DNA of 63,507 bases, filler included, from Octopus bimaculoides (Eukaryota), in NCBI RefSeq assembly GCF_001194135.2. It is 6 parts of 6 records of this genome, joined end to end, with 100 filler letters (N's around TTAATTAATTAA, not from the genome) between each part and the next. Parts side by side here need not be neighbours in the genome. Positions count along the whole stretch, not along the records: positions 47,717 to 59,678 come from NC_068986.1; positions 59,779 to 62,159 come from NC_069005.1; 4 more parts are not named here. One strand, 5' to 3'. Positions 47,918 through 62,142 of the stretch are shown here, one piece after another. Below the pieces are notes generated by a model. The model made no database searches. It saw nothing but the letters and a program-made list of their open reading frames with translations, and was not told the origin of the DNA. Every line of letters begins with the position of its first letter. Position 1 is the first letter of the stretch. A program made the translations under genes and the position numbers.

Positions 47918-49037
47918 AAGTAATAATAATCCTAATTTTGTAGCAATGCCAGTAGTTTTGAAAACCAGGCTTTAATGAATATTACCCATTCCCATCCTTG
48001 ACTGGTTAATTTTACCACCCATAGAGAATTGAAAGATAACGAGGAATTTAGGAGATTTGAAATCAGAACGTAAACACACCGGAAGAAATATCAGAATACT
48101 TAACCGCACCCGCCAACGTTATCGTTAAAGCTGACCTCATTCGGACGCAGATTATTCTGTCGATCTAATGAAAAAACTCCTGACCATCGAAAAACGGACG
48201 GAGACCCACTACCACCGTACGAAACGTTGCGTTTCGAAAAACAATGTTAACCTAGTGCTGATGGAGAATTAAGCGGGATTTAACAGTGACTGGTGACGAG
48301 GAAAAAAAAAATCAATTTTGATTAATGAAATAACAAATCCAGTGAAGGAAACATATTTCTTTCGATTCCAACCTACGCGTCATCATTCGACTCATACCAT
48401 GTACCAAACCCACTTGCCACACAAATAATACACTGGATACGTATAGCAGAGTTTAGCAAAGCTCCTGCGTTAGTTAACGTAACAGTTGTCAATTGTTAAT
48501 CTTAGAGAAGTAGTTAAGCATCTGTACGTATTCTCACACATTCTCGTGAACTTCAAGCTCCGATTTTGATCGGCTTAGAGCCTGGGGATGGAGAATCGGG
48601 TATTAGAACGAACAATGCAAAACTCCGTTTTGACGCAAGATTAGGTACTTCTCGGTGAGGTAGTTGTACTTGAGTCTATGAATATGTGTCCATCTGGGTG
48701 TGTATGCTCACACATATACAAATACCTTTCGCGCATTTGTGTCTCTTTGTTTGTGTATGTGTATGAGTGTATGTATGTGTGTATGTGTGTGAGTGTGCGT
48801 GCGTATGAATGCGTGTGTGTGTCTATGTATAAAGAGAGAGAGAGAGAGAGAGAGAGGGGAGGGAGGGAGAAAGAAGGAAAGAGAACACGATTGAGAAAGA
48901 TGATATATATTTGATTGGGGCCAATTTTATATACTTATAAATGTATGCCTGTTTTATAGATATATAAAAGGTAGGTACATTTATATATACATACATACGA
49001 ACACACACATATATATCTGTGTGTGTGTGTATATGTA

Positions 49038-49075
<38 letters not shown>

Positions 49076-49589
49076 TGTATTTATATTTATCTATCTATCT
49101 TACTCTTTTTCTCTCTCTCTCTCTCTCAGTATATATACNNNNNNNNNNNNNNNNNNNNNNNNNNNNNNNNNNNNNNNNNNNNNNNNNNNNNNNNNNNNNN
49201 NNNNNNNNNNNNNNNNNNNNNNNNNNNNNNNNNNNNNNNNNNNNNNNNNNNNNNNNNNNNNNNNNNNNNNNNNNNNNNNNNNNNNNNNNNNNNNNNNNNN
49301 NNNNNNNNNNNNNNNNNNNNNNNNNNNNNNATATATATATATATACAAGAACACACACAAAGACAAAGAGAAAGGCCACTCCGTGTTCTATTGTTCTATA
49401 TTATCTGTAAACTTGCAGTTCAATGATCCTAGTGATCCCCACCATTAGTTGTGCCTTCTCTCATTTATCTGAGCAAACCATGGTAACCATAGTCTGACAG
49501 ACATTATCCAATGTTTCCTTTGTCAGTCTTTCTTTCTTTTTTATTTCTCTTTGTTTCGAAGTTTGCAGTGCATATTTAGATAGCAATAC

Positions 49590-49795
49590 TTTGCTGCTAA
49601 TCAGAACGCCGTGCCAAATACGTAGCAGTATTTCGTTCGTCTTTACATTTTGATTTCAAATACAACCAGGTTCGACTTTGACTTTCATCCTTTCGGGGTC
49701 GATGAAGTAAGCATCATCTGAACACTGGGATCGTTGTAATCGACTTATCCTCTTCCCTCCAACTGTCTGGCCTTGTACCAACATTTCAAACCATT
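49590..49795 (+). mobile_element. SINE family D
   Basis: aatacgtagcagtatttcgttcgtctttacattttgatttcaaat..gactttcatcctttcggggtcgat..ggccttgtaccaacattt. Confidence 0.85.
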
Positions 49796-51652
49796 ATTTC
49801 GCTGCAAATTCGAGTAGGAATTTTGGAACTGTTTTCTCAATCGTTTACGTTTGTGGCTGATTTTATTCTCGTTGTTGTTTTGAATTGAAATCAGCGCTAA
49901 TGTCGGGTGTCATCAAAATCTTCTCAACAGTGTAATTCGAAATGTTATCTTTTCCTACTCTGGTAGTTTCCGTAGAATTCCGTCATGCAAATATAATTTC
50001 CATTTTGAGAAATTTGCAATGAATTGTGGCTGCTAATCCTACCAGGCTTAGCGACCTCGAAATAGTGCATTCGTTGCTTTATTTTACTGATATGTGAGCT
50101 TGCGAACAATCATTTACTTCAGATTTAGCAACAAGTTAATCAGCTTTTGTTAAGCAATGAAGTATACACACAGTAATAATTTAACAAATGTTTCTGTAAA
50201 TTACACGATTGCAGCCTTTATTGGAATAGATGGCTGAGTCAACGTAGGAGAGTTTTGAGGTCAAATGACCTACAGGAAAGAACAAGCAAATTTTAAAATA
50301 AGAATAAAGTTTAAGTGTAAGTTTGGAGAATGTACTCTTAGGTCAATTGGACCCAGAAATAAGATAGGATGTGCATTATTGTTTGCAAATAGACCTACTC
50401 AACCAGGATTAATCTGAATTCAAACAACAACAGCAAATGCAATATTGTTCAAGATAACTGTAGCTTCGTTGATGTTTAATGTCTTCTCATCTTTGATGTT
50501 TAATACGTATGTCAGGCTGGCAGTCAACCTTATGATAGTGGGTGCTCTACATATGTGCCGAATTACATACATTAATAGAAAATGTGTGGCAGTCTGAGGG
50601 GAGACCACATGGTGAAGGACCATTGAAAAGGAAAGTAATGAGAAGGGTAGAGGAGGTAGAATGAGACAAGAACATTTGCGGAAAACAGAACTGGTTAGAA
50701 AGATCGCGCTACGGACTTACAAGCTTTGTGTAACGGATACAAACAACTAACTGATAGCAATTGATGTGGTGTCTCTGTGTAACTTTCTCTGAATCTATGT
50801 CATGTGTGGAAAATTGACCATGAAATTTAGTCAACGGGATATGTGGGGAAAACAAAGGATGCGGTCGTTTTGTTTTTCAAATGACATTGTTAACAATTTG
50901 CCTGTTTTATTACCACCAACTTGTAGGATCCTGTATTTTTTGTAAATCATTTTCTTAATCCATTCCCTGATTAAGCACCCTGATTAAGCACCACCACCTA
51001 CCGTTAGTATATTTTTGTTGTCCATTCTCCGTTTCAACTTCTCAAACTAAGACTCCCGTCTCAGAACATGTTTCGTCTTTCCTGCCAAGGCTTGTAAGTT
51101 ATAAAATGTGATATAAGCTCCGAATTTCCTCTTTTGTAGAAACCAGAAAAATGAAACAATGCTGGAAAGTATATAATGTGTGCACCACAAATATAAAGGG
51201 TAATAACTCGAAATTGCTACGCATTATTTTAGTAAACTCCGTTTAATTTCACAAACGCATGCATATTGCTTTAGATATCAGTCTTCCTGTGGGGTATTCC
51301 TAGATTACAAACTACATATTATTTGCACAGCACAAAGAACATAGAGACCAAACAACAAATGAAGTGAAAGGAATCAATGATGAAACCTTAAGAGAAGACA
51401 GCCCATACGTATTCAGTTACCTTGCCCGAGATATCAGTTAAATTGCCATTAAAACGACGTACCGATGCTCTAACGATTTTGAAAGTAACCGACATTTAAT
51501 GGTAACTGAAGAAGTGCTCTTTTGAAAGAAGCATAGAATGAAATGTTAAAAAAGATTTTATCTGACTCTTCACGGATTCTGTCATCGATACACTGACAAT
51601 ATAATTTTGGTCTTTCAGTGTTAATATCTCTCTTGGGAGAAACATATATATA

Positions 51653-51691
<39 letters not shown>

Positions 51692-52639
51692 AGTGTATTA
51701 TATTATATACTTTGATTTCTTGACAGAGCGTCAGAGAAAAAATATTTTGAAAAATTATACATAATTGCTAAACGGAAATGATACTTGAGATGGCTTGTGT
51801 AAAACTTATAAATGTTAATTGGACAAACATAATATATTGCGTGTAAAATATTGTAATATCAAGACATAGAGAGGAAAATCTCACACACCTCCTTTCATAA
51901 TCATTCCAAACATTCGCGTAATTATTAACATACGTAGACAAAAAACGGAAACATAACTAGATTTCCATAGATAAAATAAAGGTAGTTCTAAATAAAAGCT
52001 TTATAAATAATTAAAAGTAGTGTCACCTTTAATAACGTGTGTACTTCTGTGCGTTTGTGTGTGTGTGTGTGTGTGTGTATGTACGTGTGTGTGTCCGTGC
52101 ACGTTTATATATATGATATATATACAATTTTTAGAAAGGTACTTCTCGAATACAGCTTGTTTTATTCATTAAAAATAAAATTATCTCAGATGACAAAACG
52201 TTCTGTCAAATAATAAATTTCAAATTATTACTGTTACAATAGACAATATGATTTGTGTACTGTATGGTGAGAATGTCAGTCTTTGCTAAAGGATATATTC
52301 ATCATTCTCTCCGCTTATCAATATACTTAACCTACATTGCTAGCAACGTATACATACAGGTGCGGGCGCATAAACGTATGAATGTAAGGAGAAACCAGAT
52401 TAAGACAACTTAAACGCAACACTCACACATATAAGACTAGGTCAAAGGCTAAAACACCTAACAATAATAACTGGCCATATTACCTCCTCTAATTTCTTAG
52501 AATATAGATTACACCGCCCCTAAGCAACCAAAGACCCCAAGCACGCAGAGTAAAGCCGCTACGCAAAGATAGACCTTTAACTCGACTGTGTATAAGCACT
52601 ACGTTTTAACGTTCTGTCTCACTTCTACTGTTTACAGCA

Positions 52640-53190
52640 TTTTTTGGAAGGAACGTGTGTAGCATGTGATCATCGCATTGACGATGATGGAGAAAGTTGT
52701 CATGGTGATACCTGATCAGAGGCCTACGCAAAGTTGCCGAAAGTGTATGGAGAGGAGTATATGAGCAGCACACAAGTGTACGAGTGGTTCAGACGTTTTC
52801 AAGATGACTGACAAAATATCGATAATGACGAACATTCTGGGAGATCCGCGCCTGCAGAACTGAGAAAAACAGTTCAGCTCTGAGTAACCATCTGTGAGTT
52901 ATCAGAGGATGTGCAGTTCAGTTTAGTCCATTATCCCTGAGAGTTTTTGTATGAGACACGTGTCTGCCAAATTTGCGACAAAACTGCCTTCAGCTGACCA
53001 AAGGGACATACGGGTTTCATTTGCACAAGATCTCTTTGATTGTGTCGGGAACGAGTGAAAATTATTTGAAAAGTCTGCGTAGGCGTCTGAGCAGGTATCG
53101 CCAAGCTTTTGGCAAAATTTGATACAGATACTCTGCTCAACTTTCTCACTCATGGTCAATTCGACACATCTTCCTTCCAAGCACTGCTGT
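52640..53190. mobile_element. Mariner transposase N-terminal fragment with an inverted duplicate of its 5' part
   Basis: Plus: EAYAKLPKVYGEEYMSSTQVYEWFRRF..DDEHSGR and MRHVSAKFATKL..DQRDIRV. Minus (about 53080-53190): MSEKVEQSICIKFCQKLGDTCSDAYA. Confidence 0.85.
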
Positions 53191-53867
53191 AACCAACAGA
53201 AGTAAGCTAGAACGTTAAACCTCGCTTTGCATGCACAGCAGAGTTTAAGATCAATCAGTATCAAATGGGTTTACACACCGTGCTTTAGCTTCCTTGCAGT
53301 CCGGATACTTATTGATCTGACCACGTATTCATTCTTCTTTTGCGTTTCTTAGTTGATCCTTTGTTTCTTTATCTTGAAGAAAATGGAATATTTTGAATAT
53401 TCTTTTTGCACGAAGATCTAAAAGTTCACTTCAAAGAATAATTGCACGCGATGGATTTTAACTTGTTGCTTATGTATTCTAACCCGATTCTATGCATTTT
53501 GATCTCATTCGACGGATGCAATACCCGTCGCATTCTGACCGTTAACAAAATTTTGTTTTTCAATTCATTTTTGCATTAGCATTCAATCCTCTCCAATTCT
53601 TGAGAATTTTGGATTTCCCCTATTAAATTAATTCGCATGCCTGATACTAAGGTTCTAGAAATTTGGCATCATTTCTTATTCGGATGTGAACTTTCGTTTT
53701 GCCTCAATGATTTCATGGTTGTTTAACCCTGTAGATACCTTCTGATTCGTGAATTATTTTTCTTTGATTTAAAGATCGGCGTAGAAGTAGAAGGTATATT
53801 TTAGCTGAATGTAAGAAATTAGGAAATTTAGGATTACAGAGAGCATTTCAACTAAATTCATTAATCC

Positions 53868-54165
53868 ATAGGCGCAGCGTGGCTGTGTGGTAAGAAGCTT
53901 GCTTCGCAACCATATGATTCCGGGTTCAGTCCCACTGCGTGGCACCTTGCGCAAATGCCTTCTACTCTAGCCTTACGCCCACCAAAGTTTTGTGAGTGCA
54001 TTTGATCGCTTGACAACTGATATTGGTGTGTTTACGTCCCCATAAGCTAGCGGTTCGGCAAAACATACTGATGGAATAAGTGCTAGGTTTACAAAGAATA
54101 AGTCCTGGGGGTCGATTTGTTCCACTAAAGGCCGCAGTCAAATGAAGGAAACAATTAAAAGAATA
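53868..54165 (+). mobile_element. SINE family A
   Basis: aggcgcagcgtggctgtgtggtaagaagcttgc..cgggttcagtcccactgcgtggcacc..ggccgcagtcaaatgaaggaaacaa. Confidence 0.9.
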
Positions 54166-54435
54166 AAAGAATCAATTATATGGTCTTATAAAACTTAGTA
54201 ATTTTGTTTTTAATTTTGTGTAATTTTGTTGTATACGCTTTTCGGGTGTATGTATGTATGTACGTATGTATGCATGTATTTTTGTATGTAAAAGATTATT
54301 AGTTACAGAATACAAGCATTACATATGGGTCAACGACTCAACGTACAACAGTCCCCTCAATAAACGATCATATATAAAGAAATACATCAAAGTCCACAAA
54401 TACGTAAGAAAGTATATATAAAAAATAAAATATAT

Positions 54436-54650
54436 AGGTGGTTGTGTGATAAGTAACTTGCTTACCAACTACATGGTTCCGGGTTCAGTCCCACTGCCTC
54501 GCACCTTGGGCAAGGGTCTTCTGCTATAGCCTGGGCCGACCAAAGCCTTGTGAGTGGATTTGGTGAGTGGATTTGGTAGACGGAAACTGAAAGAAGCCAG
54601 TCGTATATATGTATATATATATATACATATATATGTATGTTTGTGGGTGG

Positions 54651-54693
<43 letters not shown>

Positions 54694-54865
54694 TCTGTGT
54701 TTGTTCCCCCAACATCGCTTGACAACCGATACTGTTGTGTTTACGTCCCCGTAACATGGCAAAAGAGGCTTACAAAGAATAAGTCCTGGGGTCGATTTGC
54801 TCGAGTAAACGCGGTGCTCCAACATGGCCACAGTTAAATTATTGCAATAAGTAAAAGAGTAAAGA
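54436..54865 (+). mobile_element. SINE family A, near full length
   Basis: Head, ccttgggcaag motif, internal (TA)/(TG)n and the tail gcggtgctccaacatggccacag..aagtaaaagag. Confidence 0.92.
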
Positions 54866-55790
54866 AATAGTATATATGTATGTAAACTGTTTAAAAGAAC
54901 TTGTAAGACAGGACATATATTTTACTAGCTCGAGAAGAATCTTGAAGTTGGCATTGGTTAAACAAATATTAATTGATATATGCGAGTGCTGGAGAGGATA
55001 CATATGTGTCGATATAAGTGCATATACACATACACACAATAGAAATGGAGAGCGAGACATCCATGTATAAAACGCATAAATATATATGTCACATAGATCT
55101 CTACATATAGGAAAACAAGATAAACACACACACACTTAAACACACACAAACACACACACTCACACACACACACACACGCGCGCGCGCATAAAGAAAGCTA
55201 TTTATACAAATGTTGACATGCACACAGATACACTCTCTTACGCATATATGTATTTATACATATAATTATATATGTAACTAAATACATGTATTATTTATGC
55301 ACGTATGTATATATAACGTCAATCTTTATCTTTGTAAGTTATCGAATATTACGGTCTGAAAAGTATGTAGCTAATTGAATTAAATTCAATAGGAAATAAA
55401 AAAAATATATCTTTAATTTAAAATGTTTTAAAAGATAGATCATTATTTAAATTTGAATAAACTAATCTATATTGAAGCACTGTAGTCATAATTAACTCCA
55501 TACAAAACACTTCTCTTAATTTATTTGCATTTAGAATGTTCTACAGTGTGGCAGATATATAAGGCCGTTTGCACTCATCTATATATAATTACATATTCCC
55601 CTTAACAGAAAAAAAATACAATATGTGTATTTTTTTTTTGTAATTAAAAACGCATTTAATTTTATGTGTTAAAAGTAGGGGAGATAATCGAATATAACTT
55701 CAAAAATATTCTTACAAATAACACATATATATTCTTCATACGCACAACATATTTTCAAATATTGATTTTTATATGCATATGGGCTCCATT

Positions 55791-55842
<52 letters not shown>

Positions 55843-55935
55843 GTAAATAGGATATATTATATCTAAATATACATATATATGTATATACATATATATATAT
55901 ACATACACGCACATACACACACACACACACACATA

Positions 55936-55981
<46 letters not shown>

Positions 55982-56823
55982 GAGAGAGAGAGACGTACGC
56001 GTTTATGGGAAAATATACAAAGAATGAGTAGAAGAATTCATGCGCTTACAATCACGCGTGTATGTACATATATATTTATATACATATATGTATGTATGTA
56101 TTTATGTACGAATATATATGTGTATATATATGTATGTATATATATATATATATATGCATACATGTATGTATGTATGTATGTATGTATGTATGTATATATA
56201 TGTGTGCATGCATGTATGTGTATATATAAAATATAAGCCATATAGTACACACGTATATCTATAGAATACTCTACAATCCATTATAGATTGGAAATTCACC
56301 AACGACATATTTTTCTTGCCAAATACATATATTGAAAAATATAAAAATTTGCAGCACATCGAATCTGCTGGTGACTTCAAAATAACTGTAGTTACATATG
56401 GAGCTTTCTTCACTTACTTATGAAATCTTTCAACTACTTGCTGGTAAATATGTTGGCGGTGCCGACATGCTAAAATCTTTTGCAGCGACAAACCATCAAT
56501 GATAATGTGCCTCTTGGAATAACTAAGAACAAGTTAGGCTTCTCTATACATTACGACTGTAATATTTGCCATATTCTCTTTGCAAACCTCACCGTACACA
56601 GCATTGTAGAAATATGGAAGCGTATTACAAAACGCTTGGCTGAAATCAAAACACCAGCTACTGAGTACACCTCTGTACATTACGCTCTAATAGGTTTAGG
56701 TATGTGTGTATGCAAGTACGCATGCACGTATGCATGTGTGTATGCATGTCTGCATGTATGTATGTGTGTGCGTACCAATGTATTTATGTATGAGAATACA
56801 TAGTGCATTCATACATATATACA

Positions 56824-56857
<34 letters not shown>

Positions 56858-57237
56858 NNNNNNNNNNNNNNNNNNNNNNNNNNNNNNNNNNNNNNNNNNN
56901 NNNNNNNNNNNNNNNNNNNNNNNNNNNNNNNNNNNNNNNNNNNNNNNNNNNNNNNNNNNNNNNNNNNNNNNNNNNNNNNNNNNNNNNNNNNNNNNNNNNN
57001 NNNNNNNNNNNNNNNNNNNNNNNNNNNNNNNNNNNNNNNNNNNNNNNNNNNNNNNNNNNNNNNNNNNNNNNNNNNNNNNNNNNNNNNNNNNNNNNNNNNN
57101 NNNNNNNNNNNNNNNNNNNNNNNNNNNNNNNNNNNNNNNNNNNNNNNNNNNNNNNNNNNNNNNNNNNNNNNNNNNNNNNNNTATATATATATATATATAT
57201 ATATATGGATATGTGCGTGTGTGTATGTATATATATA

Positions 57238-57605
57238 TTGGTCGTGAGATTCCGTCGGTTACGACGATGAGGCTTCTTCTTGATGCGTGAAATTAACGTG
57301 CAAGTGGCTGAGCACTCTACAGACACGTGTACCCTTAACGTAGTTCTCAGGCAGATTCAGCATGACGCAGAGTGTGACAAGGCAGACCCCTTAAAATACA
57401 GGTACAACACAAACAGGATGAAAGAGTGCGAGCAAGTTGTGCTGAAAGTGTACAGCAGGGCTCGCCACCACCCCCTTCCACAGCCTCGCGGAGCTTTAGG
57501 AGTTTTCGCTCAATAAACTGTCACAATGCCCGTTCTGGGAATTGAAACCGCGTTCCTATGAACGCGAGTCTGCTGCCCTAACCATTGGGCCATTGCGCCT
57601 CCACA
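57238..57605 (-). mobile_element. SINE family E
   Basis: Homologous to 41187-41545. The minus-strand head has TGGCCCAATGG and GTTTCAATTCC boxes. Confidence 0.9.
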
Positions 57606-57737
57606 TATATAGGTACATCATATATTAATTTACATATACATATAGATGTGTAGATATATACATACATACATGCATATATACATATATACGTACATACATA
57701 TGCATATATATATATATATATATATATNNNNNNNNNN

Positions 57738-57775
<38 letters not shown>

Positions 57776-59452
57776 AAGAGAGAGTGACAGAGAGGGAGAG
57801 AAAGATAATGAAGCGAGTAATCAAATAAATCATTTTATATTGAAGAAGTTATGCCTTAAGGCAAGAATTTCTTGCCTTAATGATAGAGCAATGTTCTTCT
57901 GGATGTGGCAAAAATCGCTAAACTAAATGAACTTCTGAGAAAAGTCATTAGTCGATCTTTGTAGGCATTCCTTTGCGCACTAAACTTCTATAGACCGAAG
58001 CTTGTCGACTCCTCCTACCACAATCCCGTAATCCACTTGGATTTGCAAATGCGTGACGCCATTTACGACGTTGTCGTCCAAACTTGATGTTTGCATTGTT
58101 TAAAACCTGTAGCTTTGTGAAAAAAATTACATATTGAAAAATATGCCTGACAAATGGTAACTTTGCCATTCATCGATTGTGATGGAGCAAAATGGCATAG
58201 GCTGAATCCCCTCACGATTTTTATTATTAGCATTATTGTGATAACCTTGCTGCTGATAATAATTAAAAAGCAATAACTAATTATCGTAATGGTTTCAATG
58301 AAAGATGAAATCCGTAAAATACGTTGTTAGGACATGCAAAACTATTAAGAATAAACGCTTAATGCATTACTTAATACCATTACTTGTTCTTCTCATTTTG
58401 CTTTAGACAAAACCTTTCAGTTGGTTTGTGCCACCGTGCAAGTGATATCTCGATTTTCACCCCTTAACTGTCACATGGAGGTGTAGTGGGGCGCCTGGGA
58501 GATTGTAATCCACGCTCTAATTATTTGTCTCAATTATCATTTTCTTGACTTTACAAATTCTATTTCCGTATCTTCTGTAACTCCAAAATGCAGACTTCTT
58601 CATCTATACTGAAGTGAAACACTGTCACCAACCAGAACATGTTGAATTCTGGAAGATGTCGACTATTTTAAAATTTGAATATACTTCGGTCAAGCTAGAC
58701 TATTGTGAGCATTAGTCCCTAACACCTCTTGGTCACGTGTTTTCTGGTCTCTTCTTTTGTTGGAAGCTTCAATTTTACCCTGCCATAATTTTCCTCCTGG
58801 CGACGTACGATTTTATACTTCAGATTTGCCTAACATACCTTTTTTCATTTCTCTGGCTACTTTTGGAATGTGTGTTCTGTGTTTTTACATCATATCACTT
58901 GCAGTCAGCGAGTAATATTTGCTGAGGCAGCGACGGAAGAGATGCATATGGTGTCGTCTAGCCTTGTGTTGGTGACGTCAGAGGTAGAAATTGTTGCTGT
59001 GTTTGCCGGAAACTAAAGTGTTTGTGCATGTGCTCGCTCTCGTGTTATTGTTTCCTTAGACATTGTTATGTTCTTTTTCATCTGCTTTGTGCATGTTACT
59101 GTTACTGTTGTTGTTTCTGTCAGCACTGGCCGTGACAGTGGTAGTGCAGCTCTGAGAAAACAAGGGGAAAGTTGTAGGGAAATTTTCGTTTCTTTTCACT
59201 TCGGTCTTTATTCGAAATATTCGGCGCCATGTTTTGTTTATGTTTCAAATATGCGAGAATTGAAAATAAGATACAATGTCAGAACTGGAAGGTGTGAAAC
59301 TGAATGAAGCCTAACTTCACAAATATTTGTTAGTTAGTTTATAAAAAAAATATGGTGCAACAAAAAGATGAATAAACTCATTGAAACAACCAAAATTTAA
59401 CAAATAACTGGATAGCTTTTTACCATGTGTATTATCATTTTAGATGCAACAA

Positions 59453-59453
59453 C

Positions 59454-59510
<57 letters not shown>

Positions 59511-59520
59511 TAATAATAAT
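59453..59520. repeat. (AAT)n microsatellite
   Basis: Direct observation; explains the poly-N and poly-L ORFs. Confidence 0.95.
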
Positions 59521-59778
59521 TGGGACTTCGTATTGAATGTCTTCCACGATAAGTTTACACCGAAGTGCCAAATCTTAAAATTGCGAAATTGGGCCTGTGA
59601 GACCTCTGACAACAGGTTGCTGTTCGCTCTCATAGATTTAACAAGAGCAAGTAAGACAAAGAAGGAAAATAATAATAANNNNNNNNNNNNNNNNNNNNNN
59701 NNNNNNNNNNNNNNNNNNNNNNTTAATTAATTAANNNNNNNNNNNNNNNNNNNNNNNNNNNNNNNNNNNNNNNNNNNN

Positions 59779-59832
<54 letters not shown>

Positions 59833-60597
59833 ATGAGTGTGTATTCTGGCGGTGACGTCAAATAAATCAAACATTTCCATTCCCAGTTAATTTGGAAGCA
59901 TTGTAAATCTCACAGAATATCATTCTCTCATTTTTCCTCGTCTCTCAGACTGTATGACGTGTCTTAACTGCAAAAGAACAACTCATATGTCAGAATCAAA
60001 GACATAATTAACAAAACTGTCGGTTGATAAGCCATCTAACTGGACGCAAAGTACAAGTTTTGACACCAATGAGCTGCCATGTTTCTATTGTGATTTTGAC
60101 TCACCCTGTTTCTAGGTCAAAATGGTGGCTGTATCATTACTATTTTCTCGACTTTTCTATTAACCTTTTCTGCTGTGTGTTTCTATTCGGCACAGCGTGT
60201 TATGTTCCATTTACGCTCCCGTGTTCAGCTTGTCCTTTATCCTCGTTTTCAGATATATAAAAGAAACTACCAGTTCCATGCTGTGCTCGAGTTAATCTAT
60301 AATTAACAAGAAGTTGCAGAACTGTCTTTCTCGGCCTCGAGAATCTACCATTAAGAATATAAACGTAAACGAAAAAAAAATGCTCACCCACCTTGAAGGA
60401 ATGAGCGGGCGTCTCCATAGACGCTGGATCTGTTAGAAACAGCAGATAAATTCCCGTTAAATTATATTCATTAGAATATAATTTGATATCAAATTGTATG
60501 CGTCAAAATATGATTCAACGGAGTTAATAGAAGTTACGTAATGTCATCTAGGATTTCCTACAAAGGAAAAAGGCAAGGTTGTCATGACTTTCATCAT

Positions 60598-60758
60598 AGG
60601 TGCAGGCATGGCCGTGTGGTAAAAAGTTTGCTTCCCAACCACACGGTTCGGAGTTCAGTCCCACTGTGTGGCACCTTGGCGAGTGTCTTCCACTATAGCC
60701 TCAGGCCGGGCAAAGCCTTGTGTGGATTTGGTTGACCAAAATTGAAAGAAGTTCGTCT

Positions 60759-60792
<34 letters not shown>

Positions 60793-60925
60793 CCTGTGCC
60801 CCCACCACGGCTTGACAACCGGTGCTAATCTGTTTACGTCCCCGTAAGTTGGCTGTTTGGCACAAAGGGACCAATAGATTGAGTACCAGGCTTTTGAAAA
60901 AAAAGTACTGGAGTCGATTCACTCG
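60598..60925 (+). mobile_element. SINE family A
   Basis: aggtgcaggcatggccgtgtggtaaaaagtttgcttcccaacc..gagttcagtcccactgtgtggcaccttggcgagtgtc..gtcgattcactcgac. Confidence 0.9.
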
Positions 60926-61037
60926 ACAAAAAATTTGGTGGTGGTGGTGGTGGTGGTGGTGGTGATACTTCTAGTATTATTCGATTAGTCGTGATCCAGC
61001 AAACGTATGGGTGTTTTAGCCTTGAGTAATTCAGCCT

Positions 61038-61225
61038 TGAGAGAGAAAGAGACACAGAAACAGAGAGAGACAAAGAGAGACACAGAGAGACAGAGACAGA
61101 GAGACAAAGAGAGACTAAAAGAAAGAGATAGAAACAGAGAAAGCGAGACACAGAGAGACACAAAGAGAAAGACAGACAGACAAATAGACAGATGTACGTA
61201 CTTACGGACGGACGGACGGACGGAC
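61038..61225. repeat. (AG)n/(AGAC)n/(GACG)n compound microsatellite; a similar (CT)n/(CTAT)n tract lies at 61635-61806
   Basis: Direct observation. Confidence 0.92.
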
Positions 61226-61809
61226 GGAGTGGGTGAATGATTGGAAGGATGCCAAACTAACTGCTATTTCAAGCAGGGGAAATAGCCACCCAGTTTCGAA
61301 AGCGATGCTTGTTAACGAACTGACTGTCTAAGTAACTAATTAACCCTGTTTTCTGTTTCAAAACTGTAAAAGTTGTGTTGTCTTTCATTCTACTAAACAC
61401 CCAGATTTCTACTGTTTGTTCTAACATTATCAGTTATTCATAAAAAGAAATTAACATTTTTCCGTTTAAATAATTCCTCTCACCATCGTCCAGAAATAGG
61501 ACGGCGAGAGTGTTGCTTGCTGTAAAGACCAGCCAGCAACATCTGCTGCATCAGTTTCGCTACAACATTGGCTTCTTTCCTCAGGCGCGATGCTTTCATT
61601 TGAATTTCACACTGGAGAACAAAACACACACAATCTCTCTCTCTTTATTTCTCTCTCTATCTCTCTGTCCCTCTCTCTCTCTCTCTCTATCTATCTATTT
61701 ATCTATCTATCTATTTATCTGTGTGTCTATCTGTCTGTCTATCTATCGATCGATCTATCTGTCTATCTATCCATCTAATTATCTGTCTGTATATCTATCT
61801 ATCTATCGT

Positions 61810-61925
61810 GAAGCTTTAGGTATTTTCGCTCAATAAACACTCACAACGCCCGGTCTGGGAATCGAAACCGCGATCCTATGACCGCGAGGCCGCTGCCCTA
61901 AGTACTGGGCCATTGCGCATCCACA
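61810..61925 (-). mobile_element. SINE family E head fragment
   Basis: Minus: gcgcaatggcccagtacttagggcagcggcctcgcggtcataggatcgcggtttcgattcccagaccgggcg. Confidence 0.88.
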
Positions 61926-62103
61926 CGTGTGGATGTATGTATTTATATATGTATGTGTGTATGTATATATGCATGTATGGATATATGGATGTACGCATGC
62001 ACACACAGACACACACACACACATATATATACGTACATTTTTAGGTATGTAATAATGTGTGTGTATGCAATTATATGTGTGTATATATGTATATATATGT
62101 GTA

Positions 62104-62142
<39 letters not shown>

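Noticed and set aside
59222-59232. CA-TGGCGCCGAA as an LTR primer-binding site
   Set aside because: Only a partial match to a tRNA-Lys PBS, with no LTR pair or gag/pol motifs.
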